Part shown: one piece after another, positions 48,603-57,471 of the stretch | Position numbering within the stretch: position 1 is the first letter of the stretch | Layout of the letters: each line of letters opens with the position of its first letter | Source: Rhodospirillaceae bacterium | GTDB lineage: Bacteria; Pseudomonadota; Alphaproteobacteria; GCA-2721365 | Assembly: GCA_002721365.1 (NCBI GenBank) | Contig: PBKC01000011.1 | Coordinates: 38,029-102,028, forward strand | DNA: 64,000 bases | Direction of reading: 5' to 3' | Program-made: the position numbers and the translations under genes | The notes under the pieces: generated by a model | Database searches by the model: none | The model's input: the letters and a program-made list of their open reading frames with translations, nothing else | Told to the model about the DNA's origin: nothing

Positions 48603-48776
48603 ATGGCCGACTATCGCAAGATCGACGCGGACTTCACGTTTGAGGACGACTTCGCCAACCGGCTGCTGGACACGGACGCTTTCGAGAGCGACGCGATGGA
48701 CGACGTTCTGGCCCTCGCGGTTCACCGCAGCAGCCGCCACGCAGGCGGGCAGCACTATGAAGACTTCGACTTCTGA
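48603..48776 (+). CDS. small acidic protein, 57 aa, unknown function
   Basis: MADYRKIDADFTFEDDFANRLLDTDAFESDAMDDVLALAVHRSSRHAGGQHYEDFDF. SD AAGGAGGA lies 8 nt upstream. GC3 bias is strong. It is not in the ORF track because it is under 60 aa. Confidence 0.6.
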   Translation: MADYRKIDADFTFEDDFANRLLDTDAFESDAMDDVLALAVHRSSRHAGGQHYEDFDF

Positions 48777-48807
48777 TCGACCGGCTCGGGATCCGGAGGA
48801 TACGCAG

Positions 48808-48984
48808 ATGGCAATGAGCATGACTTTCGACAGCGACATGAGGCAGCAGGCCCTGGCCAAGAGCCTGATCGATACCGTCGGCTACACCGATGCCGCCGCC
48901 TTCTGCCGCAGCAGCTACTGGGATGGTGTCCTGTCCTGGGTTCTCGCCCTTCAGGCCGAGGACCGGGCGAGCGCCGAAGGCTGA
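48808..48984 (+). CDS. small protein, 58 aa, unknown function
   Basis: MAMSMTFDSDMRQQALAKSLIDTVGYTDAAAFCRSSYWDGVLSWVLALQAEDRASAEG. SD GGAGGA lies 8 nt upstream. GC3 bias is strong. It is the 3' part of track ORF 48640..48984. Confidence 0.6.
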   Translation: MAMSMTFDSDMRQQALAKSLIDTVGYTDAAAFCRSSYWDGVLSWVLALQAEDRASAEG

Positions 48985-48995
48985 GCCCTTGCCCG

Positions 48996-49031
48996 GCGGT
49001 GCCGCAACGCATCTGACGGCACCGCTTTTCG
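48996..49031 (+). terminator. intrinsic terminator of the small-ORF cassette
   Basis: GCGGTGCCG-caacgcatctga-CGGCACCGC followed by TTTTCGG. Confidence 0.7.
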
Positions 49032-49052
49032 GATCGGCCCGGTCCGGAACCG

Positions 49053-49721
49053 TTATCGCCACTGGGCGAAGATCGCCTCTCGCTCCGCACGCGATCCGGC
49101 AAGACGTTTCCTGACCGAGGCCAGACAGGCCGACGACGCTTCCTCGGGCGTTCCGGCCGCAAAAGGCGGAGCCGGCGCGTACTCCAGGGCAAGCTGGATC
49201 ATTTCGGCCTCGTCCTGCCCCAGCAACCGGCCGATGACGGTCAATCCAAAGTCGATGCCGGAGGTAACACCGCCGGCGGTGATCAGATTTCCGTCCTCCA
49301 CCACACGTTCCCTGACCGGCGTAGCGCCCAGGCGATCGAGAAAGTCGTGCGCGTTCCAGTGAGTCGTCGCGCGCTTTCCCTTGAGCAGTCCCGCGGCGCC
49401 AAGCACCAGCGATCCCGTGCAGACCGAGGTTACGAAGCGCGCGTTTGCCGCCTGTCGGCGCACGAATTCGAGAACGGTCTCATCGCGTAGCAGCGCATCG
49501 ACCCCGCCCCCGCCCGGTACGCAGAGAACGTCGAGCGCCGGACAGTCCGCGAAGGACGCCGTCGGCATTAGGCTCAAGCCGGTCGACGACATGACCGGCT
49601 CTTTTTCCTTCCAGACAAGCCGCACATCCGTGTCCGGAGCGGAAGCGAAGACCTCGTACGGGCCGGTCAGGTCGAGCTGCTGTACGCCAGGAAAGACAAT
49701 CAGGCCAAAGCGTAAGGGCAT
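49053..49721 (-). CDS. DJ-1/PfpI family protein
   Basis: The start is MPLRFGLIVFPGVQQLDLTGPYEVF at 49721, after AAGGAGAC. The nucleophile elbow is SVCTGSLVLGAAGLL. Confidence 0.85.
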   Translation of the reverse strand: MPLRFGLIVFPGVQQLDLTGPYEVFASAPDTDVRLVWKEKEPVMSSTGLSLMPTASFADCPALDVLCVPGGGGVDALLRDETVLEFVRRQAANARFVTSVCTGSLVLGAAGLLKGKRATTHWNAHDFLDRLGATPVRERVVEDGNLITAGGVTSGIDFGLTVIGRLLGQDEAEMIQLALEYAPAPPFAAGTPEEASSACLASVRKRLAGSRAEREAIFAQWR

Positions 49722-49804
49722 GGTGGCGTCTCCTTGTTGACTTACCGCAGAGTAGCGGGCCAAGCTTTGGCGGAATTGCCATTTACCCCTCGTTTTACGC
49801 CAAA

Positions 49805-50761
49805 ATGCCCCGTCACATCGAAATCCTGACCTATCCCGGCAGCCAACTCCTCGATATCGCCGGCCCCTTGCAGGTGTTTTCATCGGCCAATGATCTGGCG
49901 CGGCTGTCAGGAAAGACACGGCCTTACGATGCGGTCGTGGTGGGTGAGACCGACCAGGTCACCACGTCTTCCGGCCTGGCGTTGTCCGCGTCACCGCTTC
50001 CGGATGCCGGATCGTCCCTGGACACGCTGATCGTTCCCGGCGGATGGGGCGTCAATACCGCCTGCGAGAACCAGCCGCTCGTAGACTGGATTCGCCGACG
50101 CGCGAAAGCGGCACGGCGCACTGTATCCGTCTGCAGCGGCGCCTTTCTGCTCGCCTCGGCCGGCCTTCTGGAGGGCAAACGCGCGGTCACCCACTGGGGC
50201 CGATGTCAGGAGTTCGCCGACCGCTTTCCCGACATCCGGCTGGAGCCGGACCCCATATTCCTCCGCGACGGCGATATCTGGACGTCAGCCGGCGTCACGG
50301 CCGGAATCGATCTCAGCCTGGCATTGGTCGAAGCCGATATCGACCGCCAGAGCGCACTGGCGGTGGCGCGAGAGCTGGTCGTGTTCCTGAAGCGCCCCGG
50401 TGGGCAGTCGCAGTTCAGCAGCGCGCTGACCCTTCACGACCTAGGCGGACGCTTCGACGACCTGCATAGCTGGATGATGCAGAACCTGCATCGGTCGCTG
50501 TCCCTCGCCGATCTCGCCGAACAGGCGCGGATGAGCCTGCGCAGCTTTTCGCGGCGCTATCGCCAGGCTACGGGAGTCACGCCGGCACGGGCCCTGGAAG
50601 AGTTGCGCCTGGAGAATGCCCGCCGTCTGCTCGAACAGGGGCTGCCGATAACCCGTGTCGCGGCCCGCAGCGGCTTCCAGACAGAGGAAACGATGAGACG
50701 CGCTTTCATGCGCCACTTCGGAACCAATCCTCAGGCCTATCGAGAAAGGTTCAGCGTCTGA
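49805..50761 (+). CDS. GlxA-family transcriptional regulator (DJ-1-like domain + AraC HTH)
   Basis: SVCSGAFLLASAGLL, then LADLAEQARMSLRSFSRRYRQATG...ARSGFQTEETMRRAF. Confidence 0.85.
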   Translation: MPRHIEILTYPGSQLLDIAGPLQVFSSANDLARLSGKTRPYDAVVVGETDQVTTSSGLALSASPLPDAGSSLDTLIVPGGWGVNTACENQPLVDWIRRRAKAARRTVSVCSGAFLLASAGLLEGKRAVTHWGRCQEFADRFPDIRLEPDPIFLRDGDIWTSAGVTAGIDLSLALVEADIDRQSALAVARELVVFLKRPGGQSQFSSALTLHDLGGRFDDLHSWMMQNLHRSLSLADLAEQARMSLRSFSRRYRQATGVTPARALEELRLENARRLLEQGLPITRVAARSGFQTEETMRRAFMRHFGTNPQAYRERFSV

Positions 50762-50974
50762 CACACGCGCCGACCTGTCCAAGCGACTTCCGATGAACCA
50801 TGATTCTCGTATGGTCAGCCGGGGGCGACAGCACCTGCTTCTTAAAATTGTTCTCAGGACGATGACGGAAGAAGATGGTAATCTTGAGCAATCTGTTTCC
50901 GGGGAGAAGCGCGGCCGCGGTTTGCCCGCGAGCGGTACGTATTCGGCGGAATCACCTCGGGTCGAGCTTGCCAG

Positions 50975-52216
50975 GTGGCTGAAAAGGGAATTCAACAGCG
51001 CCAGAGTACGGCGCGAGAGTACGTCAGAGAACTCGACAAGGCCCTCCACGAGCTGTGGAACCTCGGTCGCAACCTGATTCTGGGGTGGGCGCCGCGCGAA
51101 CGCGGTCTCGACGTGCTGGTTATCCCCCACCATCGCCTTACCGAGCTGCAATGGTTCGACCGTGACATCCTCGGCCGCAGCCTTCGCCTCAACCACGAGA
51201 CTCTCGACCGCGCGGCAGCCTTTTTCCGTACCGGCGTGGTCCAGCTGCCTCTGTCCTTCACGCCGGGCAAGGAGAGTATCGGAGCCGCGGCGATCGATCG
51301 TATCGCACGGCGCTACAGCGTCACCCACGCCCACCATCGCGCCGGCATTCTGATCGATATCGTCGGCTTCTCGCTCTATTCGCCGCTGGAGCAGGTCGCC
51401 GTCCTCAACAATCTCGCCTACTCGATCAACGTCGCCCACCACCGCGCGCTGGCCAACGACGTCAAGATCGATCTGAGCCGTACGACCACGGGCGACGGCT
51501 TCTATGTCTGGAACCGGGACGATGGCCTGACCGCCGACGTCAACCTGTTCTACGTCCTGATGCTGATCCTCGCGGACAATGCGATCGCGCAGGCGAAGGC
51601 GGCCATTACGGCCAAGAAGCGGAAGGTCCGGTCCACCCAGCCGGTGCTCAGGACGGCGTTCCACCTCGGCAGCCACTATGAGTACTTCCTGACCGATGCC
51701 CTGAACCCCAGCCTCAACAGCTTTATCGTCGGCGATCTGACGATCGAGCTGGCCCGCATGGTCGCCAAGGCGCTCCCCAATCAGATCCTGATCGGCAATT
51801 TCACCCGGCCCACTTCGGAGTCGGCCGCCGGCACCAGTACGGCGCTGGACGTATCGACGCCGCTATTCGTCGCTCAGGCGCAGAAAAAGCTGGAAACCTT
51901 CGAGAACGTTGTTCTCTCAGGAGAAAAGATCACCGCCATCAACGCCTATCTGACGGGCGACCGGATCGCCGACGGCTACTTCAACATCAAGCGCTACGTG
52001 GTCCACGACAAGCACGGACTAACCCGGGACGTGTTCAACGCCAAGGTCAACATCCACCGCGGCGACGCGAAGCCCATCTTCCTCGGCCTGCAGGAAGCCG
52101 CCCTTTCCGCGTTCGATGCGGAAGGGAAGGAATACGTTCCGGAAAACCGTGAACAACGCATGCAGACCACCCGCTACGGCACGGTCATCAGTGAACCCGT
52201 CGCCCGAAGCAAATGA
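50975..52216 (+). CDS. orphan protein with a class III nucleotidyl-cyclase-like core and an uncharacterised C-terminal region
   Basis: GILIDIVGFSLYSP...TTGDGFYVWN...LRTAFHLGSHY...IVGDLTIELARMVAKALPNQILIG follows the order of cyclase motifs (metal Asp, GDG, RiGxH, xxG..vN.AaR..s.a.pgqIl). The GTG start is uncertain. The plus frame has high GC3, and the antisense 411-aa ORF is rejected. Confidence 0.55.
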   Translation: MAEKGIQQRQSTAREYVRELDKALHELWNLGRNLILGWAPRERGLDVLVIPHHRLTELQWFDRDILGRSLRLNHETLDRAAAFFRTGVVQLPLSFTPGKESIGAAAIDRIARRYSVTHAHHRAGILIDIVGFSLYSPLEQVAVLNNLAYSINVAHHRALANDVKIDLSRTTTGDGFYVWNRDDGLTADVNLFYVLMLILADNAIAQAKAAITAKKRKVRSTQPVLRTAFHLGSHYEYFLTDALNPSLNSFIVGDLTIELARMVAKALPNQILIGNFTRPTSESAAGTSTALDVSTPLFVAQAQKKLETFENVVLSGEKITAINAYLTGDRIADGYFNIKRYVVHDKHGLTRDVFNAKVNIHRGDAKPIFLGLQEAALSAFDAEGKEYVPENREQRMQTTRYGTVISEPVARSK

Positions 52217-52278
52217 CGTGCACGCCCTGCATCCGATGCCAGTCTAGTAACGGTCAGGCCGTTTCGACCCGAGACGGC

Positions 52279-52437
52279 TTAGACGTGGCCTAGCAGCACC
52301 AGGATCAGTAGAACCACCACGATCAGGCCCAGCCCGCCGGCCGGGTAATACCCCCACCCGCGGCTGTACGGCCAGCTCGGCAACGCCCCCAACAATATCA
52401 GAATAAGAATAATCAGGACGATCGTGCCGACGGACAT
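52279..52437 (-). CDS. DUF3309 family small membrane protein (52 aa)
   Basis: MSVGTIVLIILILILLGALPSWPYSRGWGYYPAGGLGLIVVVLLILVLLGHV. It is not in the track in this frame. SD GAGAGGAAA is present. Confidence 0.75.
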   Translation of the reverse strand: MSVGTIVLIILILILLGALPSWPYSRGWGYYPAGGLGLIVVVLLILVLLGHV

Positions 52438-52528
52438 CGCTGTTTCCTCTCTTCGGACCGCCAGAGCCGACGGCTAATCTTGCCGTCGGCATGCATTTTC
52501 TTTTGATGAGAGCCTGGTCAGGATTCCA

Positions 52529-52726
52529 TCACTGCTTGTCCAGCCATGCGTCGATCTCTCTCTCGGCCTCGTCTTTGGCGATACCGTAACGCTCCTGCAG
52601 ACGGCCGGCGAGGCGCGTGCGGTTACCTTCGACGACGTCGAGGTCATCGTCGGTAAGCTTGCCCCACTGAGCTTGAACATTACCCTGGAACTGCTTCCAG
52701 TTACCTTCGATACGATCCCAGTTCAT
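52529..52726 (-). CDS. CsbD-family general stress protein
   Basis: MNWDRIEGNWKQFQGNVQAQWGKLTDDDLDVVEGNRTRLAGRLQERYGIAKDEAEREID. Confidence 0.9.
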   Translation of the reverse strand: MNWDRIEGNWKQFQGNVQAQWGKLTDDDLDVVEGNRTRLAGRLQERYGIAKDEAEREIDAWLDKQ

Positions 52727-52773
52727 CAGAGGTCTCCTTTTCGTGTTCGTGCTGCTGGTTTCAGCACGTCACA

Positions 52774-52799
52774 AACATGCAGGAGACCGACTCGGTTCC
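52774..52799 (-). promoter_or_regulatory. candidate EcfG-type general-stress promoter upstream of csbD
   Basis: On the minus strand: GGAAC-N17-TGTT. It lies about 48 nt upstream of the ATG. Confidence 0.45.
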
Positions 52800-52832
52800 A
52801 GACCCGGCGACACGCGCGCCGAGGACACGGGA

Positions 52833-54026
52833 TCAGTAGTAGTAGGCGAACTCGACCAGCAGGTGATCGTCGCGCCGGACGCTGTCCAGGATGTCGGCGG
52901 ACGGGATTCCGGCGAAGGCCCGAAGCTCGAGGCTGAGCTTGTAGCTCGCGCCGATACGGCGGGAGGCCTCCAACGAGATCAGCCGGCCACTGTCGTTCAG
53001 ATCCTGAATGATGCCAGCCAGAATCTCCGTGCTCTGGATGTCGTTGAAGGCGATCCGGGTACCGACGAACACATCGTTGTCGAAGGCCCGCGTGGCTCGG
53101 CTGCCGCGCGTATCGTAGGACCATTCGCCGAGGATGCCGACATCAACGTCGCTCTCCCCGACACCGAAGAAGGTGTACTCGAAGCCGCCGACCCAGGCGC
53201 CGTAGTTTTCCTCCTCACCCCGAATATTGCGCTGCCCCTGGCGAAAAAGGGCTTCGAGCTTCCATAGCCAAGCACCGGTCGTGTACTGCACATCGATGCC
53301 GGTCTGGTTGATGAGGTCGTAACGCGGCACCAGCACGACCGTTCCACCGGCATTGAAGGTGGGAACGAAAGCCGGCTCCCGGGATGTCCCGTAGAAGTGA
53401 TAGATGCCGTAGTCCCAGGCGCCGCGACTGTCGCTGTAGCGAACGGCGACATCGGGATGCCAGTGGCGCGCCCCGCTGTCGTAAATCGCGGTATCGGAAT
53501 CGACCACGAAACCGGTCCTCAGCCGACCACGCCGGCCAGGGAAGGTCCGCTCACGAAAATAGGGCAGGTAGAAGACGTTGAGCGTGCCCCAGTCCCGAAG
53601 CAGCGTCACGTTGACCATCGGCTGACCGAGCTTGTCCTCCTCGTCGACGTTCTCGATCAGGTCGGTCTGATTGACGATGTCAACCAGATGCTGGGATTCG
53701 GCGACGCCCCAGAACACCCGGCCGACGCCGACTGCGAGATCGAAGTCCTCCTGCACGCGGCGATAGAGCGCTTCGCGAATATCCGCATGGGTCCGTTCGC
53801 CGTCGGCGGAATCGATCCGCAGGAACGGCGACACGGCAAGCGAGGACCGGTCCTCCCACTCCGCGTAGTATTCCGGCTCGGCGACGATCGAGATATCGTG
53901 CCGGCGCTGCTCGGAAAACTGCGGATCATTGGGGAACAGACGGGCTTCGGTGGCGACGTAGCCGGAGACTTCCTCGTAGTCCGGATCGGCCCAAGCCGGC
54001 GCTGAGGCTACCGCCATCACCGCCAT
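52833..54026 (-). CDS. putative outer-membrane beta-barrel protein of the RND/LolA-like cluster
   Basis: The signal-like N-terminus is MAVMAVASAPAWA, the sequence has alternating beta-strand character, and the C-terminus is LVEFAYYY. The track start at 54236 runs through two family-2 repeat units (translated 'MPAKAGIQ') and is rejected. The start remains uncertain. Confidence 0.55.
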   Translation of the reverse strand: MAVMAVASAPAWADPDYEEVSGYVATEARLFPNDPQFSEQRRHDISIVAEPEYYAEWEDRSSLAVSPFLRIDSADGERTHADIREALYRRVQEDFDLAVGVGRVFWGVAESQHLVDIVNQTDLIENVDEEDKLGQPMVNVTLLRDWGTLNVFYLPYFRERTFPGRRGRLRTGFVVDSDTAIYDSGARHWHPDVAVRYSDSRGAWDYGIYHFYGTSREPAFVPTFNAGGTVVLVPRYDLINQTGIDVQYTTGAWLWKLEALFRQGQRNIRGEEENYGAWVGGFEYTFFGVGESDVDVGILGEWSYDTRGSRATRAFDNDVFVGTRIAFNDIQSTEILAGIIQDLNDSGRLISLEASRRIGASYKLSLELRAFAGIPSADILDSVRRDDHLLVEFAYYY

Positions 54027-54077
54027 AGCGAATAGCGATGCGACGCCTGCGACACCCCGGCGACAGCCCTTCTCCGC

Positions 54078-54173
54078 GTCGCTCCCGCGAAGGCGGGAAT
54101 CCGGGGTCGCCGTCGAAGACGATGCCGGTTCTTCGTCCGTCCCCTGGATGCCCGCCTTCGCGGGCATGACGAG
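54078..54173. repeat. composite palindromic intergenic repeat, family 2
   Basis: GTCGCTCCCGCGAAGGCGGGAATCCGG...CCTGGATGCCCGCCTTCGCGGGCATGACGAG. Confidence 0.8.
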
Positions 54174-54235
54174 GGAGATGCGATGCCCTCCCCTGTCGCC
54201 GGAGCGGGCGCGGACCCGGAAAGCTGCCAGATCCA

Positions 54236-55033
54236 TCAGCGGATGCGCTTCAGCACGCTTTCATCGAAATCGCGATCTTCGAGCCCGGTGCCGAACTCAT
54301 AGTTCTCGAAGATCAGCTCGGTGCTCTTGCCGGTCTGATGGTTGACCATCTCCAGGCGATGGGCCCGCCAATAATCGTCGAGGTACACCCGGTAATCGCT
54401 GAGCGTGAGCGTCTTCAACAGTGAATCCTTACGATCGTAGAAATCGATCTTGTGGACTCGGTACTCGTCCTGGTCCATCCACACGGCCTGCCGCGAATAG
54501 CCGGAATTCTCATCGACCGGAAATCGCTCCAGCACCCAACACGAGGCCCCCGAATCGCCGGGGCAGGCTTCCTCGGACACGTAGTTGTACGTGTACTTCT
54601 CGACCTCCTGACTCGACAGGTCCTCGAAGGCGAACTCGCTGCCGACGAACGAACCCGACTTGTTGGCCGAACTGATCCGTTTCACGCGCTTCAACGCCGG
54701 CAGATAGAGCCACTGGTCATCGGGACCGGTCTTGTGGGTATGGGTCAACACGGCCGTGCCCTTGATGTCGGCCGGCCGGTCGAAGATCGAAATCGACTTG
54801 TCGCCGTCGCCATCGACCTCCAGGTTCTGGCCGCGGAAATAGCGGACGCTTTCATCGCCCTGGCGATTGCGGAGCGTCATGATCATTTCGCTGGTGGAAT
54901 CGCCCCAGCCTTCATCAGCCTTGTCCGCCTCGACCGCGAGCCTCAGGCCTTTCTCCGCGTCCGTCTCGGCATAGGCCGCCGTCGACAGCAGGAGAACGCC
55001 CGTCAGGGCGGCGAAGATCGTCTTCCGTGTCAT
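54236..55033 (-). CDS. LolA-like outer-membrane lipoprotein-sorting family protein
   Basis: The signal peptide is MTRKTIFAALTGVLLLSTAAYA. 265 aa. Its position immediately downstream of an MMPL/RND gene is typical for this family. Confidence 0.65.
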   Translation of the reverse strand: MTRKTIFAALTGVLLLSTAAYAETDAEKGLRLAVEADKADEGWGDSTSEMIMTLRNRQGDESVRYFRGQNLEVDGDGDKSISIFDRPADIKGTAVLTHTHKTGPDDQWLYLPALKRVKRISSANKSGSFVGSEFAFEDLSSQEVEKYTYNYVSEEACPGDSGASCWVLERFPVDENSGYSRQAVWMDQDEYRVHKIDFYDRKDSLLKTLTLSDYRVYLDDYWRAHRLEMVNHQTGKSTELIFENYEFGTGLEDRDFDESVLKRIR

Positions 55034-55083
55034 GAGCTCGTCCCGTTGGTTGAAAACTGTCGAAGGATGTCGGACCGCCGTTC

Positions 55084-57438
55084 TTACGCCTTGGCCATGT
55101 CTTCGACATCACTGCCGGCCGGTTTGGCGAGGCGGATCACCCGCCCCTCCAGCACCATCAGCAGTGGCGGCAGCAGCAGGAAGTCGGCGAGCAGGGCAAA
55201 GGCGATGGTGATGGCGCTCAACAGCCCCATGTCGCCATTGACCTTGAAGCCCGAGAACGACAGCACGCCGAAACCGACCACCAGCACCAACGAAGTCAGG
55301 ACCAGGGCCATGCCGACGGTCCCGAAGGCGTAACGGGTCGCCGAATAGGGGTCCAGGGCGTGCTCGCGCCGTGCCCGTAGATACTTGCTGAGGAAATGAA
55401 CAGTGTCGTCGACGATGATGCCCAGCGTCATCGCCACCACCACGGCGATCGCCAAGCCCACCTCGCCGACCAGATAACCCCACAGCCCGAAGGCCATCGC
55501 CGCCGGGAACAGGTTGGGCACCAGGCTGAGAAGGCCGATCCGGAAACTGCGGAGGGCCCCCATCAGGATTGCCGAGATGACGACGAGGGCGAGCAGGCTG
55601 CCGCCCAGCATCGAGTTGATGTTGCGTTCCGAGATGAACGCGAAGATCAGCGACAGGCCGGTGCCGTGGACCTTCAGACTCGCATTCTCATTCAGCCATG
55701 CTTCGGCCTCGGCATTGAGCTGCCGCAGATAGCTGGTGGATGCCGGATGGACCATCACGGTGACCCGCGATGCCGATTTGGACACGTCGATGCGATTGTT
55801 CAGATCGAGCCCGAAGGGCAGCGACAACTCGTAAAGCAGCAGATATTGCGCGGCGAGGTCGCGGCTTTCCGGGATGCGGTAATATTCCGGATCGTCGCCG
55901 TGCATGTTCATGTTGAGCCGCTTGATGGTCGTGCTCAACGTCATGACGTTGACGACGTTGTCCCTCGCGCGCAGCCATTCGGTGAATTCGTCCAGAGTCT
56001 TCAGGTATTCGGGATTGCTGATCCCACCTTCCTCGCCGGCCGGCACCGAGAACTCCAGCGTGTTCATCGCCGTCAGGTTCTCGGTGACGAAATCGGTGTC
56101 GGTGCGGAACTTGAAGCGCTCGTCGAAGTACTTGATGAAGTCGTCATCGAGATAGATCCGGGGAATGCCCGCCACCAGCACCACGGTCACCGCCGCCATC
56201 ACCCAAAGGAGCGGTACCCGGCGCCGGATGACGAAGTTCCCGAAACCTTCCATCGCCGTCGCCCTGCGTCCGGCACGCGCACGGACACGAAGCGGCAGCA
56301 CCGCCATCAGAGCCGGCAGGAAGGTCATCGAGAACACCATCGCGGCGATCATGCCGGTGGCAACGATGTTACCGAGCAGGCGGAACGGCGGCGCATCGCT
56401 GAAGTTCATGGTCAGGAAGCCGATCGCCGTGGTGACGGAGGTGATGAAGATCGGCGTCATGTTGACGCGAAGGGACTCGACGATCGCCGCCCGCTTTTCG
56501 GTTCCCTTGCGCATCTCCTGCAGCATGGTCACCAGCACATGCACGCAGTTGGCGATCGAAAGCGTCAGGATGATCATCGGCGCGCCCATGGTTCCGGCGT
56601 TCATCACCACGCCTGCCCAACCCGACAAGCCAAGGGCGGCAATCACCGACATCAGGACCACCGCCAGGATAGCCAGCACCGACAGGATAGAGCGCAGGGC
56701 AACGATCAGGATCAGCACCATCAGCCCGATCATGATCGGGAACAGATTCTGGATGTCCTGCTCCGGCGCTTCCGAATAGGCCATGTTCACCATGATCCCG
56801 CCGGTCAGGTAGACCGCGATGTCGGGATGCTCGGCCTCGAAGTCGGCCGCCATCGTGCGCGCAAAGGCGGCGATCTCGTCGACTTCGTGGATGCTCTCAC
56901 CCGGCAGATAGATCTGGACGTTGACGCCGGTCACGTCGCTCCGGTCGGTGATCAGCCAGTTGCGCAGTTCGGGCTGCTCCAGGGCGACTTCGCGGGCGCG
57001 CGCGAGATCCTCGTCGGTCATGGACTCGGGATCTTCGACGAGATCGCTGACGATAAGCGAGTCCTCGTCCGCCCGGCTGTGCTGGAAGTTGGTGATCGAA
57101 TCGACGCGGCTCGAATAGGGAATCTGCCAGGCCTGCTGGGTCAGCTCCTTGATCGCCGCCAAGGTCTCGCGCGTGAACACCTTGCCGTCCTTGGGCGCCA
57201 GGGCGAACATCACGTTGTCGTCCTTGGTGTAGGTGTTCTCCAGCTCCTCGAGAGCGATGAGCTGCGGGTTGTCCTTGCTGAAGAACACCCGCGAATCCGG
57301 GTTCACGTCGAGAAACGACATTCCGTAGACCGCGAAGGCCGTGAACAGAACGCTCGCCAGAAGGATCCACCAGCGATACGCGATGAGCGCACCGCCGTAC
57401 CGCCGCTTCCAGCCCTCGGGATCTGCGTCTTGCGCCAT
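55084..57438 (-). CDS. RND superfamily exporter (MMPL/HAE3-like)
   Basis: About 785 aa, with two blocks of six hydrophobic helices each preceded by a large loop. ATG at 57438 follows GAGGGGGAA. Confidence 0.85.
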   Translation of the reverse strand: MAQDADPEGWKRRYGGALIAYRWWILLASVLFTAFAVYGMSFLDVNPDSRVFFSKDNPQLIALEELENTYTKDDNVMFALAPKDGKVFTRETLAAIKELTQQAWQIPYSSRVDSITNFQHSRADEDSLIVSDLVEDPESMTDEDLARAREVALEQPELRNWLITDRSDVTGVNVQIYLPGESIHEVDEIAAFARTMAADFEAEHPDIAVYLTGGIMVNMAYSEAPEQDIQNLFPIMIGLMVLILIVALRSILSVLAILAVVLMSVIAALGLSGWAGVVMNAGTMGAPMIILTLSIANCVHVLVTMLQEMRKGTEKRAAIVESLRVNMTPIFITSVTTAIGFLTMNFSDAPPFRLLGNIVATGMIAAMVFSMTFLPALMAVLPLRVRARAGRRATAMEGFGNFVIRRRVPLLWVMAAVTVVLVAGIPRIYLDDDFIKYFDERFKFRTDTDFVTENLTAMNTLEFSVPAGEEGGISNPEYLKTLDEFTEWLRARDNVVNVMTLSTTIKRLNMNMHGDDPEYYRIPESRDLAAQYLLLYELSLPFGLDLNNRIDVSKSASRVTVMVHPASTSYLRQLNAEAEAWLNENASLKVHGTGLSLIFAFISERNINSMLGGSLLALVVISAILMGALRSFRIGLLSLVPNLFPAAMAFGLWGYLVGEVGLAIAVVVAMTLGIIVDDTVHFLSKYLRARREHALDPYSATRYAFGTVGMALVLTSLVLVVGFGVLSFSGFKVNGDMGLLSAITIAFALLADFLLLPPLLMVLEGRVIRLAKPAGSDVEDMAKA

Positions 57439-57471
57439 GTCGTTCCCCCTCATTTCTCCAAACGGAGACCG

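Noticed and set aside
48640-48807. Upstream part of the 114-aa track ORF 48640..48984
   Set aside because: It overlaps the better-supported 57-aa ORF (48603-48776) out of frame. The in-frame ATG at 48808 has a proper SD.
50975-52437. Interpreting the cyclase-like gene as a Pycsar or CBASS-type defence operon
   Set aside because: No effector gene (cNMP-binding, TIR, TM or nuclease) is adjacent on the same strand. The downstream genes are convergent stress micro-proteins and the upstream gene is a GlxA regulator.
54027-54236. N-terminal extension of the outer-membrane protein containing 'LVMPAKAGIQ'
   Set aside because: The segment is made of two family-2 palindromic repeat units, and the same translated peptide appears in spurious ORFs at the other repeat copies.
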